NCBI GenBank assembly: GCA_001949185.1
Contig: BDGG01000016.1
Location: 248,001 to 312,000 of the forward strand
Reading direction: 5' to 3'
Origin: Ramazzottius varieornatus
Lineage: Eukaryota; Animalia; Tardigrada
Length of the DNA: 64,000 bases
The notes beneath the pieces were generated by a model. The model had not been told where the DNA came from. It saw only the letters and a program-made list of their open reading frames with translations, and did not search any database. Shown here one piece after another: positions 46,301 through 58,200 of the stretch (positions are counted from its first letter, which is position 1; every line of letters begins with the position of its first letter). A program made the translations under genes and the position numbers.

Positions 46301-46757
46301 GAAGCCTTGGATCTTGTGCCGATTGTGACGAATGTGGTGTTAGAAGACCATCATCTGGTTGTCGGAATCGTCGTTGTCGGTAAGAGCGCTTCACCCGAGA
46401 ATGATTTGGGTTTGCACATTTCTTTTCCGTATCGCTCAAGGCTCAATTGGTGTATGCTGCCCTTTAGTTGATCCTGGAACAGTGCCTATCAACTCACGTG
46501 GAGAGAAACAACGGTAAGTTCACTTCGATTTCAGAAATATTCGAGGATGGATCAACTCGCGCACATAATTGCTGATGCTATGGGCATTTGACATGCAGTC
46601 TTCGATATAGTGCGCAAAGTCATCTGGGCGATTGGAATTTGTGCAGGAATTTGTTTGCTGTTACTGATGGAAGTTTGCCTATTTTTTCAGAATGCATTTG
46701 CGAGACAGCTTCCTGGCTGACCAGCTTGATCCTCTATACTGCGCATACAATATGTGA
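31314..46757 (+). CDS. DIP2: Disco-interacting protein 2 homolog (DMAP-binding + two AMP-binding-like domains), multi-exon
   Basis: LPAAVRERLAELDVELSE|GDITEKGYLKKRAKLL (DMAP-binding), FAVVLGWPKLQW, LLVADGSNP, RRPGSLA, LHPSNVLMCPHTCVTNLPKPRE, SQKLACELYPSRH, YARTGYLGFLRRT, and C-terminal MHLRDSFLADQLDPLYCAYNM* (TGA 46755-46757). Start codon tentative (31314 or 31353). Confidence 0.95.
32477..32580. repeat. Dispersed repeat, family B
   Basis: Aligns collinearly with 46548-46650 (TGGA..AA.TCGCGCACATAATTG...GCGC...CTGGG.GATT..GAATTTG). Confidence 0.65.
38100..38219. repeat. Palindromic intronic element, family A
   Basis: AGATCGTTTTCCGAAGTAGCGCAC-N25-GTGAATCACTTGAAGAAAACGATCT; in a DIP2 intron. 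Confidence 0.75.
38808..38927. repeat. Palindromic intronic element, family A (best-preserved copy)
   Basis: GAAGCTCGGCAAACAAACTCGGCCATATCGTTTCCCAAGTGGCGCAT-N25-GTGCGCCACTTGAGAAAACACTCTGGTCGAGTTTGTTCGCCGAGCTTC; in a DIP2 intron. Confidence 0.9.
42838..42960. repeat. Palindromic intronic element, family A
   Basis: GGGACGTCGGCAAATGA...TCAAGTGGCGCAC-N25-GTGCGCCACT; at the 5' end of the DIP2 intron hosting the nested gene. Confidence 0.8.
43115..43531 (-). CDS. Nested, intronless secreted cysteine-rich peptide (CSab defensin/macin-like antimicrobial peptide candidate), 138 aa
   Basis: ATG in ACCATGG context; hydrophobic signal peptide; Pro-rich propiece ending RQNR; 90-aa mature region with 10 Cys including C-x3-C, G-x-C and C-terminal C-P-x4-C-x-C. 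TATATAA lies ~96 bp upstream. Located within DIP2 intron 42765-44193. Confidence 0.8.
   Translation of the reverse strand: MARPTFCGAGFLVVALVISGVLSASLAPEPLPPAPQSGTALTSARQNRNWFGDIIGDIGNAVKNGVYWVEGKGCRVAGVLTGWACDDPLSRWLWSIIKNCRGCNCQQICAKTGKRGTCVGGAKDTSTWCPKGQQCRCT
43627..43633 (-). promoter_or_regulatory. TATA box of the nested peptide gene
   Basis: TATATAA on the minus strand ~96 bp upstream of the ATG at 43531. Confidence 0.5.
44088..44172. repeat. Palindromic intronic element, family A (right arm truncated)
   Basis: ATCGTTTTCCAAGTGGCGCAG-N24-GTGCGTCACCTG; at the 3' end of the same DIP2 intron. Confidence 0.75.
46548..46650. repeat. Dispersed repeat, family B
   Basis: Second copy, in the last DIP2 intron, with an internal inverted GCGCAC...GTGCGC pair. 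Confidence 0.65.
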
Positions 46758-47888
46758 AAATTGTGATACGAAGGAAACGAAAGACCAATACTACGTAGAA
46801 CGGTCGGACCAAAGCCACCGCGATCATCGAGACAGGCGTGTCTTTTTTCTTGACTGCTTCCTTGTGATAACTTGTTGTACAGATGATTTGTGCCGTTGTT
46901 TTCTTGCTGGCATTATGGACAATTTCTTTCTTAGCTTTTATGGTGTTTCAAGTTTTATGCGCCATGTTCAGGATTTAATCAGAGATAGTTTTTATGGTTC
47001 AGTTGATCAATGCAGTTCTAGTTTTACTAATTTGAATATAGCGTGACGAAATTTTTGATCAGCTTCTCAGTCTGCTTGTTTGCATGTTTTACTTGTCCAC
47101 GCCAAAGAGAAATGTGTTGCATAGCCTACGAGGACTCTGATATAACGTCGAGCTCGTCAGAGCTTTTTTTACGTCGTTCCATTAGCTAGAGCAACACAGC
47201 AAACTGCGACCTAACAGAATTCCATAAATATAGCAATACCCGTGCGAGCTCTTCCATCGGAAATACGCGACGCAAAAGCTGATTGCGAAGGTTTGCATGA
47301 GCGGTACTCGAACATCGCACCATGTGCGCCACTTTCGAGAAGCTAGCGCTCGCTCCGCATAACCCACGCATTCCGTACCATATCATCAAGAATGTTTTGC
47401 ATGAGAAAACTTTGTCAGACCAGCCTTGTTCAAGCTGCTGTACAAGGTAGCGCAACATGGTCTTCGCTCTTCAGGCAACCGGTCATATTCAAAGACGTTC
47501 CTTCAGTCTAAAATCGACTGCACATACCGGCACGTATATATTGACGACTGCGTAGGGAGCCTGAACGAGGTTGATAACACCGCTTCTCTCGGCATTCTAC
47601 CTGTCCGTATGTTGGTCAATCAATCACGGTGATACGCTCCCATCTCATCGATTTTTATTTTCGAAATTGTGTCACCGATTATTAATTCAGGTGCCATTTC
47701 TCACTTGACAAACTCAAGTGGTCCATCACGTGGAAGGAGATTGAGAATTGTGTGACGCTTCGGCACTTGCTCTGCATCCCATTATCTTTTCGGTCTGTAC
47801 AACCGGTTTACTTTTTACTTTTTTTCTGGGCTCTGTTGTTATTTGTTATTAGTTTACCACTGGGTTATCTTGGTTGGATTTCCACATC

Positions 47889-50800
47889 ATGTCGAACGCG
47901 CCGACGGTCAGTGTACCGCACGAGGAAGACTACTCCAGCACGAACTCAACTGGCAGTGTTTTGCTAGTCCGACCGCTCAAGGTGAGTTTCATGAAACGGA
48001 ACAGATCGTTTAGAAACTGTCTGGCGTCTACAAAAGAGATTCATTGTGACAACTGTTTGCTTGAGCGGACATGTTTAGCTTTTGCGCGTTCGAGTGGCTG
48101 CATACAGTAAACAGGGTACGTTGGTTTTCGCCGCACGCTCACTTGAGGCGTAAATCGCGTGCTCTGGATAATCATTAGTTTGTTAGGACCTTAACAGGGT
48201 TCGGATGTTCCATCTTGTTACTGTAGTCTCCAATCCGGACAGATCCAGGAGCGAAACAAAATATTGTGGGCAGGCTGAGACCGTAAGCGTGATCAGGGAT
48301 CACACGGAAAAAGCGCCATCTGTGTTGCAAGATCGGCTGCTGCGACTTCCGCATGGAGAGATCAGGCGCTTGATGATTCTTCCGCACCTTCGAAAATCAC
48401 CTGAGCATCCTGGCAAGAACAATACAGTTCTTGACAATAATTGACTACCTAGCTTGAGCTGCTTGATTAGTGGTCGAAAGTCGCGAATACGTTCCACGTG
48501 GAAGAAGGGCGTTGTCGCAGTCAACACCTCTTCTTTGTCCGTTACGCTGTATTCCTGTCAGATAAGTTACGTGGTTCTATTCCATTAGCCATGGGCTTGA
48601 AAAGCTGCAATAAACTGCCGCTCCCGAGACCAAGGGACTGCAGTATCGGACTTCTGATGATGTACTGTACAGGGGCGGAACCAGCTCATGATCATACTCT
48701 AGATCTTTGCCTGCAATGAACGAAGTAATTTCCATCGATCGGTATACGACCACTTGTCCTTCATCATCGACACAATTCGTCCCGGAGCGGCTGGTTAGGG
48801 ATCGGAGGCACTTCTGGACGTTCGACCAGTGGGCTGGGTGGAATAGTCATCACGGCAGGCGTTAGACATTTTCATCAGTGGAACGGTGGCTTTGCTCTCT
48901 AATCTCCACACTATCCATTCCCACATGTTCGACACGTTTGCTCTGATAGCTAGTCCAGCGTCACGGTTAGCTGCCTATGCAAATTTTTACAGACATATTT
49001 CACGCCTCCATATTCTCGGTTTCGAGTCACGTTTTACCACGTCTTGAGGCCTGTTTCCGCAGCTTTTAAGGGTTTCAAGGAGAAAATTTTGCGTGTCTAT
49101 ATCTTGCGGCTTATTGAGAACGGATGTGTATCTTTCATCGAGGCTTGTTAGGAATGTATGGGAGGGGAATTTTATTTACTGCTATGTTTTGAATAGATCG
49201 GGATTTGGATCATTACCCACATTCTGAACACTGGCTGCATTGCATCTAAGAACTACCTTTCCAACCCGGAACATAGTCTTAATGTGGATAATTCGGAACT
49301 AAAAATTCACGAGAAGGTTTACGCATCTCTTGTCCGCAGCAATGTCCTCTTCTGAATTGCTCCAAAGACGTCGTCGTTTTCGGCTTCCTTCCGCTTGACC
49401 ATGCGAGGCGAACTTGCTTGCTTCTTCAGAGGACTACAACATGTAAGGAAAGCCTCATTTGATAAAAATATCTTCCACATACTAATTTTACTATAGGACT
49501 TATTATAGCTTCTTCTTGCCAAAAATAGTTTTCAGAATTACTCAATCGAAGATACCGGGTCTCACACGGTGGCGCCACCTTCACCGCGCTTCTTTGTCCC
49601 CTCTCGCAAAAAAACCATTTTTTATTCGTTGCTACAAAGATAGCGGGTGGAGTTATCATGAGGCACTGTTACTCTCCAGAGACCTTGATATCAGCCGAAA
49701 GGAGAAGGGCCCCACATGAAGCCGATTTGTCAAAACATAATCAGAGTAGAGCGAGATAGCAGCTGGAGTACCGCATACTTATGGCTTCCTTGTTAACGAT
49801 CGACCAGGCGCTTTACTCGCTCCTTCGACAACTATACACGTATTTTCCCACCGTAGAAATAGTCTACCCTCTCTAGTGCTGAGAAGTTAACATCTGATAT
49901 CTTAATGGCGACCCATTATTCCTGTTATTTTCCAAAGGTTCGTTGTTCACGTCCTACGAGCCTGAATTAAGATCCTGCCAATATCTCCGGTTTTCTCCTT
50001 TGTTCATTGCAGGTTGTGGCTTTCGTCTGCGGACTCGCCGTCCTGGTTCTCCTTCTGATCGCTCTAGCCTCCTCCACCTGGCTTGATTCCGAGGGCTTCC
50101 AACAAGGTCTTTGGTTTTACTGTGTGCGCCAGGGTTTCGAAGGTCCTTTACCGCCGCTCATACCGGAGAGAGTAGGATGCCATACAGAGCCCTACAAAGG
50201 TAGGAATATAGAGCGCCGAACGGAGTAAAGTTGAGCTCATTAGCGACAGATGTTCTCCTGTTTCATTTGCCGTTCATCCTGACCACAGTGTATATCCTCG
50301 TCACGGGAGCTCTTTGTGCCGCCGCATTATTGCTGGACTTCATGGCGACGTTCCTTCTGGGCATAGCCCTGTGTATGAAGAAGATCGACAGGAAAATCAA
50401 GCTGTATAAAATGGCTAAATCACTCTTCTTTATTGCCCGTAAGCCCCGAAACCGTCCGAGTTCCTTGGAATTTGACTAATTATTCCGAAGTCAAACGTCA
50501 CCTTTTTTTTTACTTTCAGTACTTTCGGCAGTAAGCGGGCTGACGCTGTTCGCAGGTAAAGGAATTCTGACACTAAAATTCCAGTATTCAACTTGGGGGG
50601 AAAATATTATATCATTTAAAAGACCACGCAATTACGAGATCTGGAAGTACAGGGGGGGGGGGTACATTATCTTCTCCGTTTTTCAACTGGCTGAAATCGT
50701 GGGGTGGGGTCAGATCGGGCCAATCACCACATGTACGCTTCGCAGTTTTCGAGTAAAATGCGCCACTAAGTGAACCAAAGTGCCAGACATTTTTAATTTT

Positions 50801-51340
50801 GCTCTGACCACCGGTCACACAGCATGGAACATACTGAAGCTTCTATGACGGTACCAATGTACTGGCTTTGTCTCCAAATTTTTAAGGAGGCTTTCCGTCA
50901 GCCAGCTCTTGAGTAAAAATTCGGTCTGTCAACTCAAGACAAAATCCGGTCAAAAACGAAATACTTTCTCGAAATTTTCAGAAAGCTGCTGGCCAGTTCA
51001 CGTCTTTTTCAACTGGAAGCGACAAAGTTTCTGAAAGCAAACGTGAAAAATCAGAAGCCGTTCCGTAAGGCTTTTGGGCTGCGCCAAGCAACCGGCGTTC
51101 CCCTTGGTCTTTTAAGTGTTATGCAGTGCTGAATCAACGGTTACTGCATGCCCTTTTTCTACAGTGCAATTCAGCCTTGAATATCGGCAATGGGGAAGAA
51201 GGAGCTTCGAGTTCGGCTGGGCTTTCGGGATGGCCTGGGGCGCTGTCGTCTTCCTTTTCGGCACATTACTGCTACTCTGTTGTGATCAGGAGACAGACAA
51301 CGTATATTACGCCGCCAAGAGTTCCCTGGATGACTCCTAA
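47889..51340 (+). CDS. TMEM47: TMEM47/VAB-9-like tetraspan (PMP22/claudin superfamily)
   Basis: LLVRPLK|VVAFVCGLAVLVLLLIALASSTW...QQGLWFYC (W-GLW-C claudin-like motif), further TM exons at ~50289-50438 and ~50519-50555, and a final exon FEFGWAFGMAWGAVVFLFG...YY; stop at 51340. Confidence 0.82.
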
Positions 51341-52228
51341 TCGGCGTCAACCCACGCAGGTGATTGCGGCATTCAACCTTCCTGTTTTCCCCAACTAATT
51401 CGAAAAACCGCTTTTGAAGGTTTCATTATCTGGTAGTTCCGATTAACAAGGTCTTTTGATTAATTAGGCTGTATTGGATGGAGTCTTCCGCATTGCACCA
51501 ACTGCACCAAATTACACAAGCCTGTGACATACTTCCTGTTGGAGCTTTTCCATCGATAAATGGACAGAGGAACGAGATGCAACGTTACGGTAGCACGTTG
51601 TGTTTTTGCTTTGACAGTATTACAGATGCTGCGTTGCAGTCATTTCCATTGTGATGGAGGAGGCAACGCTGGCTGCCGGATGCTGGGCTACGCATCACTG
51701 CTCTTGCCGTTATCGATCTGCAATGATCTCCAGAGCCATAAATCAGCTAAGTTGTGCTTGCTACTTTAGCTGCGAATTCACATATTGCACAGAGAAATTT
51801 GTTATATTACAGAGCTTTATTTGACCGGCGCTTTTGACAGCTTTGACAATCTTTTCACGCTTTCGATCGCACTCTCCTGCAGCAGTGTTGTTCCTTTTCT
51901 CACGCCCAGTCACGAAGTGAGAAAACGACAAAATTACCAGAATATTATTTTTCCATGACAATAGATAGAACGATGAATGCACTAGTAAAATTCTACGGTG
52001 AACAGAAAATGAGCGATAAAAATCAAACTTTTGTGAACTCGAGATGTGAGCAAAACCACGGAAAGAAAGAAGACAACAAAAGCAAAACTCCAACACGCAA
52101 AACCGAAAAGGAAAGAAGTCAAAAACAATACCACGGGTTGTGTGATTACTTTCCCGAACACTCCTTTGGACATTGGTCGAGAGAAAGGAGCAAAGATGCG
52201 CAGCTTCCGTGAGATAAAGGAATAGTTT

Positions 52229-55200
52229 TCAAAAGCTCATTTCAATGTCCTCTTTCTGGAGAGGAACTCTTGGTGGAGGCAGCGCTGGTCCACCGGAACT
52301 TTGAGTGCCTTTGGGAAGCCCTTGAGAGACTAATCCGTCAGCTTGAGGGTTCTGATAGTGCTCACTGGAAGCGGTGTCAGTCTGGACTGCGCCATGATCG
52401 TTTCCGGGCATGATTAGTGGATGCACTCGCTCGCGTGCCGGCAAGCGCACTGCACCAATGGGCTTCCCGCGATCCCGCGGTGGCAAGGGTGGCGGCGGCA
52501 TATGGGGCCTCTCAACCTTCTTTGAGCTATCGGTCGACTGGGAGGAAGGCTCGGGCAACAAGGAAGACTCGGTCGATGGAAGACTTTGTTCACTGAAAGC
52601 GAGAAAGACAGTATGAAGCGACAAAATAGAAATGGAGGCCTTCTTAGGTAAGCAGACAGGAAATGGACACATGGTTTCTATTTACTCGTACTATGCAAAT
52701 ATCTGTCAGCCATTTTTGACAATTTTGATGAAATTTTTTCAGTCCTACCTGGTGCTTGGAATGGAACCCGCAGTTCGGAAAGACTGGGTGGAAGTAACTT
52801 GTGGTTGTGCAGTCTCATTGCGTTCAGCCAGGGAGACCTTTGGAGCTTCTTGTGACAAGCTGCGGCCGAAACTGTTAGCCATTCCGTTTCTGTTACCACG
52901 CATTTTCGGTACCATGCCTCTGCCACTCTTGAGCAGTTTCAACGGCGAAGCGGAGTCATCGTTCTCCTCGTCGAGGTCCTCGAGCACCGAGTTCGCCACG
53001 GGAGGCGGACACTGAATCTTAATCTGACCCTCTTCAACCAGTACTCGATAAGCCTCTTTCGCGTCCTCCGAAACCTAAACAGATACACAGCAAAACTGAA
53101 TGTTTTTTTCCAAGAGAGTATTTTCTAGTTTGCTGATGAATAACTGGATTTTGCAAAACGTTAAAGTTTCGTGAGGCTATACTTGGTCTTCCAGTTTGGT
53201 TTCGATCGCTGGCTTGTCCGGTAGAAAGACTTTCGGGGTTCTGGGTCCTTCAGGAACACTTGGTTCGTGCGAAGAGTGCTTATTGCGGAACGCTCTGAAG
53301 GAGAACCGACTCTTTGTACTGAGAGCCGGAGACGGTGCACTGCGATGCAGAGGCGACGTCGGTATCTCCAGGCTCCTGGCGGCGATCTCGTTCGACCCGG
53401 CGGCGAACTCGTCCAGCAGCCTCTCGTCCCGCGGCGAGAGAGGCTTCAGTCCTGCTGATGGTATTCCAGGCGAGACCTCGTCTTTGACGACAGAGATGGG
53501 ATCAAGCTTCTTGCGAAGCATCACCGGCGGCTTGGGCTTCACCGGTGGCGGTGGAGGCTTGGCTGGTTTCACCGGCTTGCTGTACGTCACAGCTTCTCCT
53601 GAAAAACAAAAGGAAGGTTATTTGGTGAGAAATTTTCGTTGGCCTTGTCCAGTGAGATCCAGTCTTCTTCTGGACTTTTACGGAGATATTTAGCTCGGTT
53701 CAACTTGCCAATCAATCCACCCTTCTTCTACGAAAGCAGCTAACCTGCTTCAACCTTTCGCTGGAAATTACGTAGGCAACAGAGTAAAAGGGCAAAAACG
53801 AGCCATGTAACTTTGCAGCGTTCGCGAGCTTGTTTTACCGTTTGGAACTTGTGGAACCTCGGAAGAGTTTTCGGTGGGTTTCTTGGTGTTAGGATCCAAG
53901 TCGACAGGCCGAAAGTGGAACTCTTGGCTGATCGCATGTTTTGCTACTTCCTTCTCCTTCTCCGTTTCCTTCTCCGAAACGATTGGTCGACTGTTCAATC
54001 CTGGCGACCCCTCGTTTGTTCTGTTTCCGTCCTTGCTCAACGTCAGCTCACCACTTGTATCCATCATCCTGAGGACTTCATCCATCAGCGAAGGCCCAAA
54101 ATCCAGATCGAACGTCTACGACAGAAATATAAATAATATTACATCATGCAAGTTTATATAAAACTAGAAGGTAAACAGGAAGTTGGATATTGTACATCTT
54201 CTTGCGTGCCAAAGTTGATAAAGCTTCTGTCAGACTGGGAGGTTCTCTTTGCGTTAACGCCATAACTGCCATGGTCAGGCTGGTCCTTGCCATTACGCCC
54301 CATGGCGCTTGTTCGTGCGGAAGACGACATTGAGGGCTTACGAAGGACAGTGGGTGACGGATAGGTCACCGAGTCTTCCTTGGCATTTCCGGAAGAGCGA
54401 CTAGAGCTGGAGCGAGGGGAATCGGAACTGGTGTTCTGCCACGAGTCTGTTGACATTCGACTCTCCGACCCAATGGTTCGTGGCAAGGACAGCCGCGACG
54501 AGATCAACGGCGTCGTGTAACCCATCGAACGATCGTCGTCCCCTTTGTCAACTGCAAAATAAAGAAACATGATATTTTGATTATTGTCCGTCAGTTTATT
54601 GTGAAAGATGAAAGTCAGAAGAAATTCAATTAAGTCTTTCTGAAAAATGCAGAAAATCGGGAAGCACGCCAAACAAAGTCAACAAAATTAGTTTCCCAAG
54701 TGGCGCTCATTTTAACTGTTGTTGGTCGAAAGCGTGCGCCACTTGGGAAAACCGATCTTCCGGGTTTGTTCTCCGCGCTTTGCATTTGAAAATTTAGTAA
54801 ACTGTGTGAGTTGTTTTTAGATATTTAAGGCTTCTATATTTAGAGTTTTTGATTTCAGTTCTGTAAACTTTACACAGCAGCCACCAAGATTATCATTAAC
54901 TCTTACACGAGCGAGCTGACACTGGCTTAGCATGTAGCCCTTTCTCCATGAAGGCCACATCTCCAAAGTATCCCCCATCCATGCCCACATGTCCCGTATG
55001 CCGGAAGTCTCCTTGTGGCCGACTGATCATATCTCGTCGGATCCTACAATCCATGATCAATAATGCATGAAAGTGAAACCAGACCATCTACCATAATCCG
55101 ATAAATTTCACTTTGTTCTTGCGACCTACTTCGTCTTCATTGCCGCACTCTTCTTCTCAGCCACTGCAAGAATAAAATATTTTATCGATCTTTATAGGCT

Positions 55201-58200
55201 CGTTAAGGTGAAACATCGCTGAAAACTCTCTCTGTCGACGAATTTCGGCGCTTACAGTGCGTCGAACCGTCCGAGCCAGACGGTGGAAGCATGTATGGAC
55301 CCAGGTACGTCACCGTGTCGGATGGATCGAAGAGCCCAGCTTTCCGACCTTTGACCACGCCCTTCCATAAGTTGTCTTCGTCCTCTAGCCTACGAGAAAA
55401 ACAGAAACCCTAACATCCAGAAGCACGTTTTGCAAACGAACAGACGACCAGGAGCTTCTGTACATACTTGTTATCAAGGACTGTAATGACATCGCCGATG
55501 GCGTACTGCAGGTGACTTCGACTGGAGGAGTCCAAGCATTCGCGAATGGCTTGAAGTTGCTCCGGCTTTTTCTGTAATGAGGTAAAACCGTTTAGTGAGC
55601 CATAGGTTGATTCTTCGAGCTTCTTGGAGTAATTCATGATACGTACTTCCGGCAGAACTTCAACCAGGGTAGAGAACGTTGGACGATCAGGTTCTTGGAA
55701 TTGCCAGCAGCTTAGCATGAGCTGGTAGTAATCTTTCGGACACAAGTCCGGTTGGTCCAACCGTCTACCAGACTCCAACGCTTCTAAGATCTAAAACAGT
55801 GAAGAACTTGTAAACGGATCGGAAATCGCAGGTCTAATTGGAGAGCTTGGTGTACCTCATGACTGGGAACTCCGATCCATGGTTCGACACCCAGTGAAAA
55901 CATCTCCCATAGCGTTACTCCGAAAGACCAGACATCGCTTGAGCAAGAGAAACGTGAATATCGCAGTGTCTCAGGTGCATACCTTCAAAAAACAAATCAT
56001 CGGCTTAATTTCTCAATATTAGTTGCCGATGTGAATCTCGTTTTATCATAAAAGCACAAAGAAATTTTGGAAACTGAAAATTCGTTTCAGTACCATGGTG
56101 AAACTCGAGCTTGATTTTCGTCTTCGTCCAGCGGGTTCTTGGTGAAGAACTGCGTCAAACCGGCGTCCGATATCTTAACCTAGCATGCAGTGAAGCTTTG
56201 GAAGAGTGGTAACAACTTCCTTACGCATTACGTTACGCGGAGGTTGACGAGTGTGTGTACCTTCATTTTGGAGTAAACCAGCACGTTCCTACAAGAACAA
56301 GAAGCCATGTTACGATGGAGCCTATTTAACCTAATTGGTTAATCGATTAAAGTCTAAAGTGGTGTAATAAAATGCATTTTATTCCACCGACCGTGCAGCG
56401 AGGCCTCCGTGGACGAACTGGCATGATTCGAGGTACTTCATGCCTTCGCAAATTTGCAGCGCCATATCACACAGGGTAATGACTGAAAAACTGGATTTGA
56501 GCAACGGATCACGCAGCGTTTCCACCAGCGATCGATTAGGCGCCAACTCGCTAACCTACATCATCGGAAGAACGTCATCAGCTGCGTTACGAAGTAGCAG
56601 CCAAGCGTGAGAAAATAAAACTCGAGTAGTCCCAACCCGGGCCAAACTTCGACCCCCAGAACACGTTCGTATCACATCATCTCGATTGCGCGAAGCATGA
56701 TTTATCACGTTATTTTGACCCGATGTAACATGAGAGAAGCGCGTATGCGGGGTGGCAGTTTTGGCGGGGATTAGTTCTTCATGACACTTACGAGCCACAT
56801 CAAAGGACCAGTCGGGGCCTCCGCGCTGCCCAGCGCCAGACTGTAGAATGGCACCACGCGTTCGTGCTTGAGCGAGTGTAGTGTAGCTACTTCCTTCAGG
56901 CATTCCAGCGGACTGCTTTGTATTCGCTCGCTGTCCAGACACTTCACCGCCACCTCGCACTACAAAGGGCAAATGCTAAAATTGAGAGGTTGAAAAGATG
57001 GACACTTATCGATCACATTCTTCGAGCTTTGCCTGACTGCATTTAGCGTCTACCGATACTACCAGATATTCAGTATTCAGGCACGTCGTTGAAAAACTCA
57101 AAACCGAATTTGTAAACTGTCGTCCGGAAGCTCGGCATACAAACTCGACAAGATCGGCTACCCAAGTCGGGCCCATTCCTAACCCACCAACACCGAGAGC
57201 GTGCGCCACTTGGGACAGCGATTTGGTCAATTTCCCATGCGGCGCACGCCCCCAGCGAATCACACCAGAGCTATGCGCCACTTGGGAAAACGATCTTTCG
57301 AGTTTATTTATCGAACTTCCAAGTACAGTAACTCTATTTTTTCCAAATGGTTTTTACTTTAAGTACATTACGCACCGGAATGTCTTGGTCATCGGTCCAA
57401 ACCGCCTGGTAAACATGTCCAAACTGGCCCGAGCCCAGCAGTGGGCCTAGCTTAATACTATTAATAGGAATGTGTTTGCTGCTTGAAGACGGTAGCGAAG
57501 CCGACGATGAGGAAGGAGGAAGATGCTTAGCGGACAGCTGTTGCAACTGGTCACGTCGGACCTCCCACTGATCCACACCGGAATTTCGACGTGATAAGTT
57601 TCCATTCTGATGCTGACCGGCCACCGCTGAGGAGGATGAGGACGTTTTTGTTTGGATTATCTACAAAGCACAACAATACTAGAGAAACGTGCTTTCATTT
57701 ATGTGAACAGCAGATTAGGAACAATAATGCCAACATTCCAGAAGAAATGTTGGCCCGATACAATTAAGTTATTTTCAACTTTATTACACTCCCTGATTTT
57801 TCTGGATTGTGTCCGTTGGTTTCAAGAGTCGTTAAGACACTTTCAGTCTATATTTCCTCAAGGGTTTGTTTGCCTCGAAGGAACACAGATCTCTGAAAGC
57901 AACCTCAAAGACGACCGTCGCGATTGTATGCAGGTATAATTATCATTGGACGAGAATATATGGAACGAACACAGTTTGCGCGTGTTTCCGCGGGTCATTC
58001 TGACATAAGCCTCTTCAAATAAGTGTCAATTCTGGTCACAAAAGACACTAATCTCCGCGCAGATAAAAGAGGGCTCTTGCCGTCGAAAGCAGCCCAGTTC
58101 GAACTAGGCCGCGCCGAAAAGACTACGTTCGCTTTTATACGCCGAAGTAAGCCTAACAGATCAAGAGTCAAAACCTCGGCACAACACATGCTTTCGGTTC

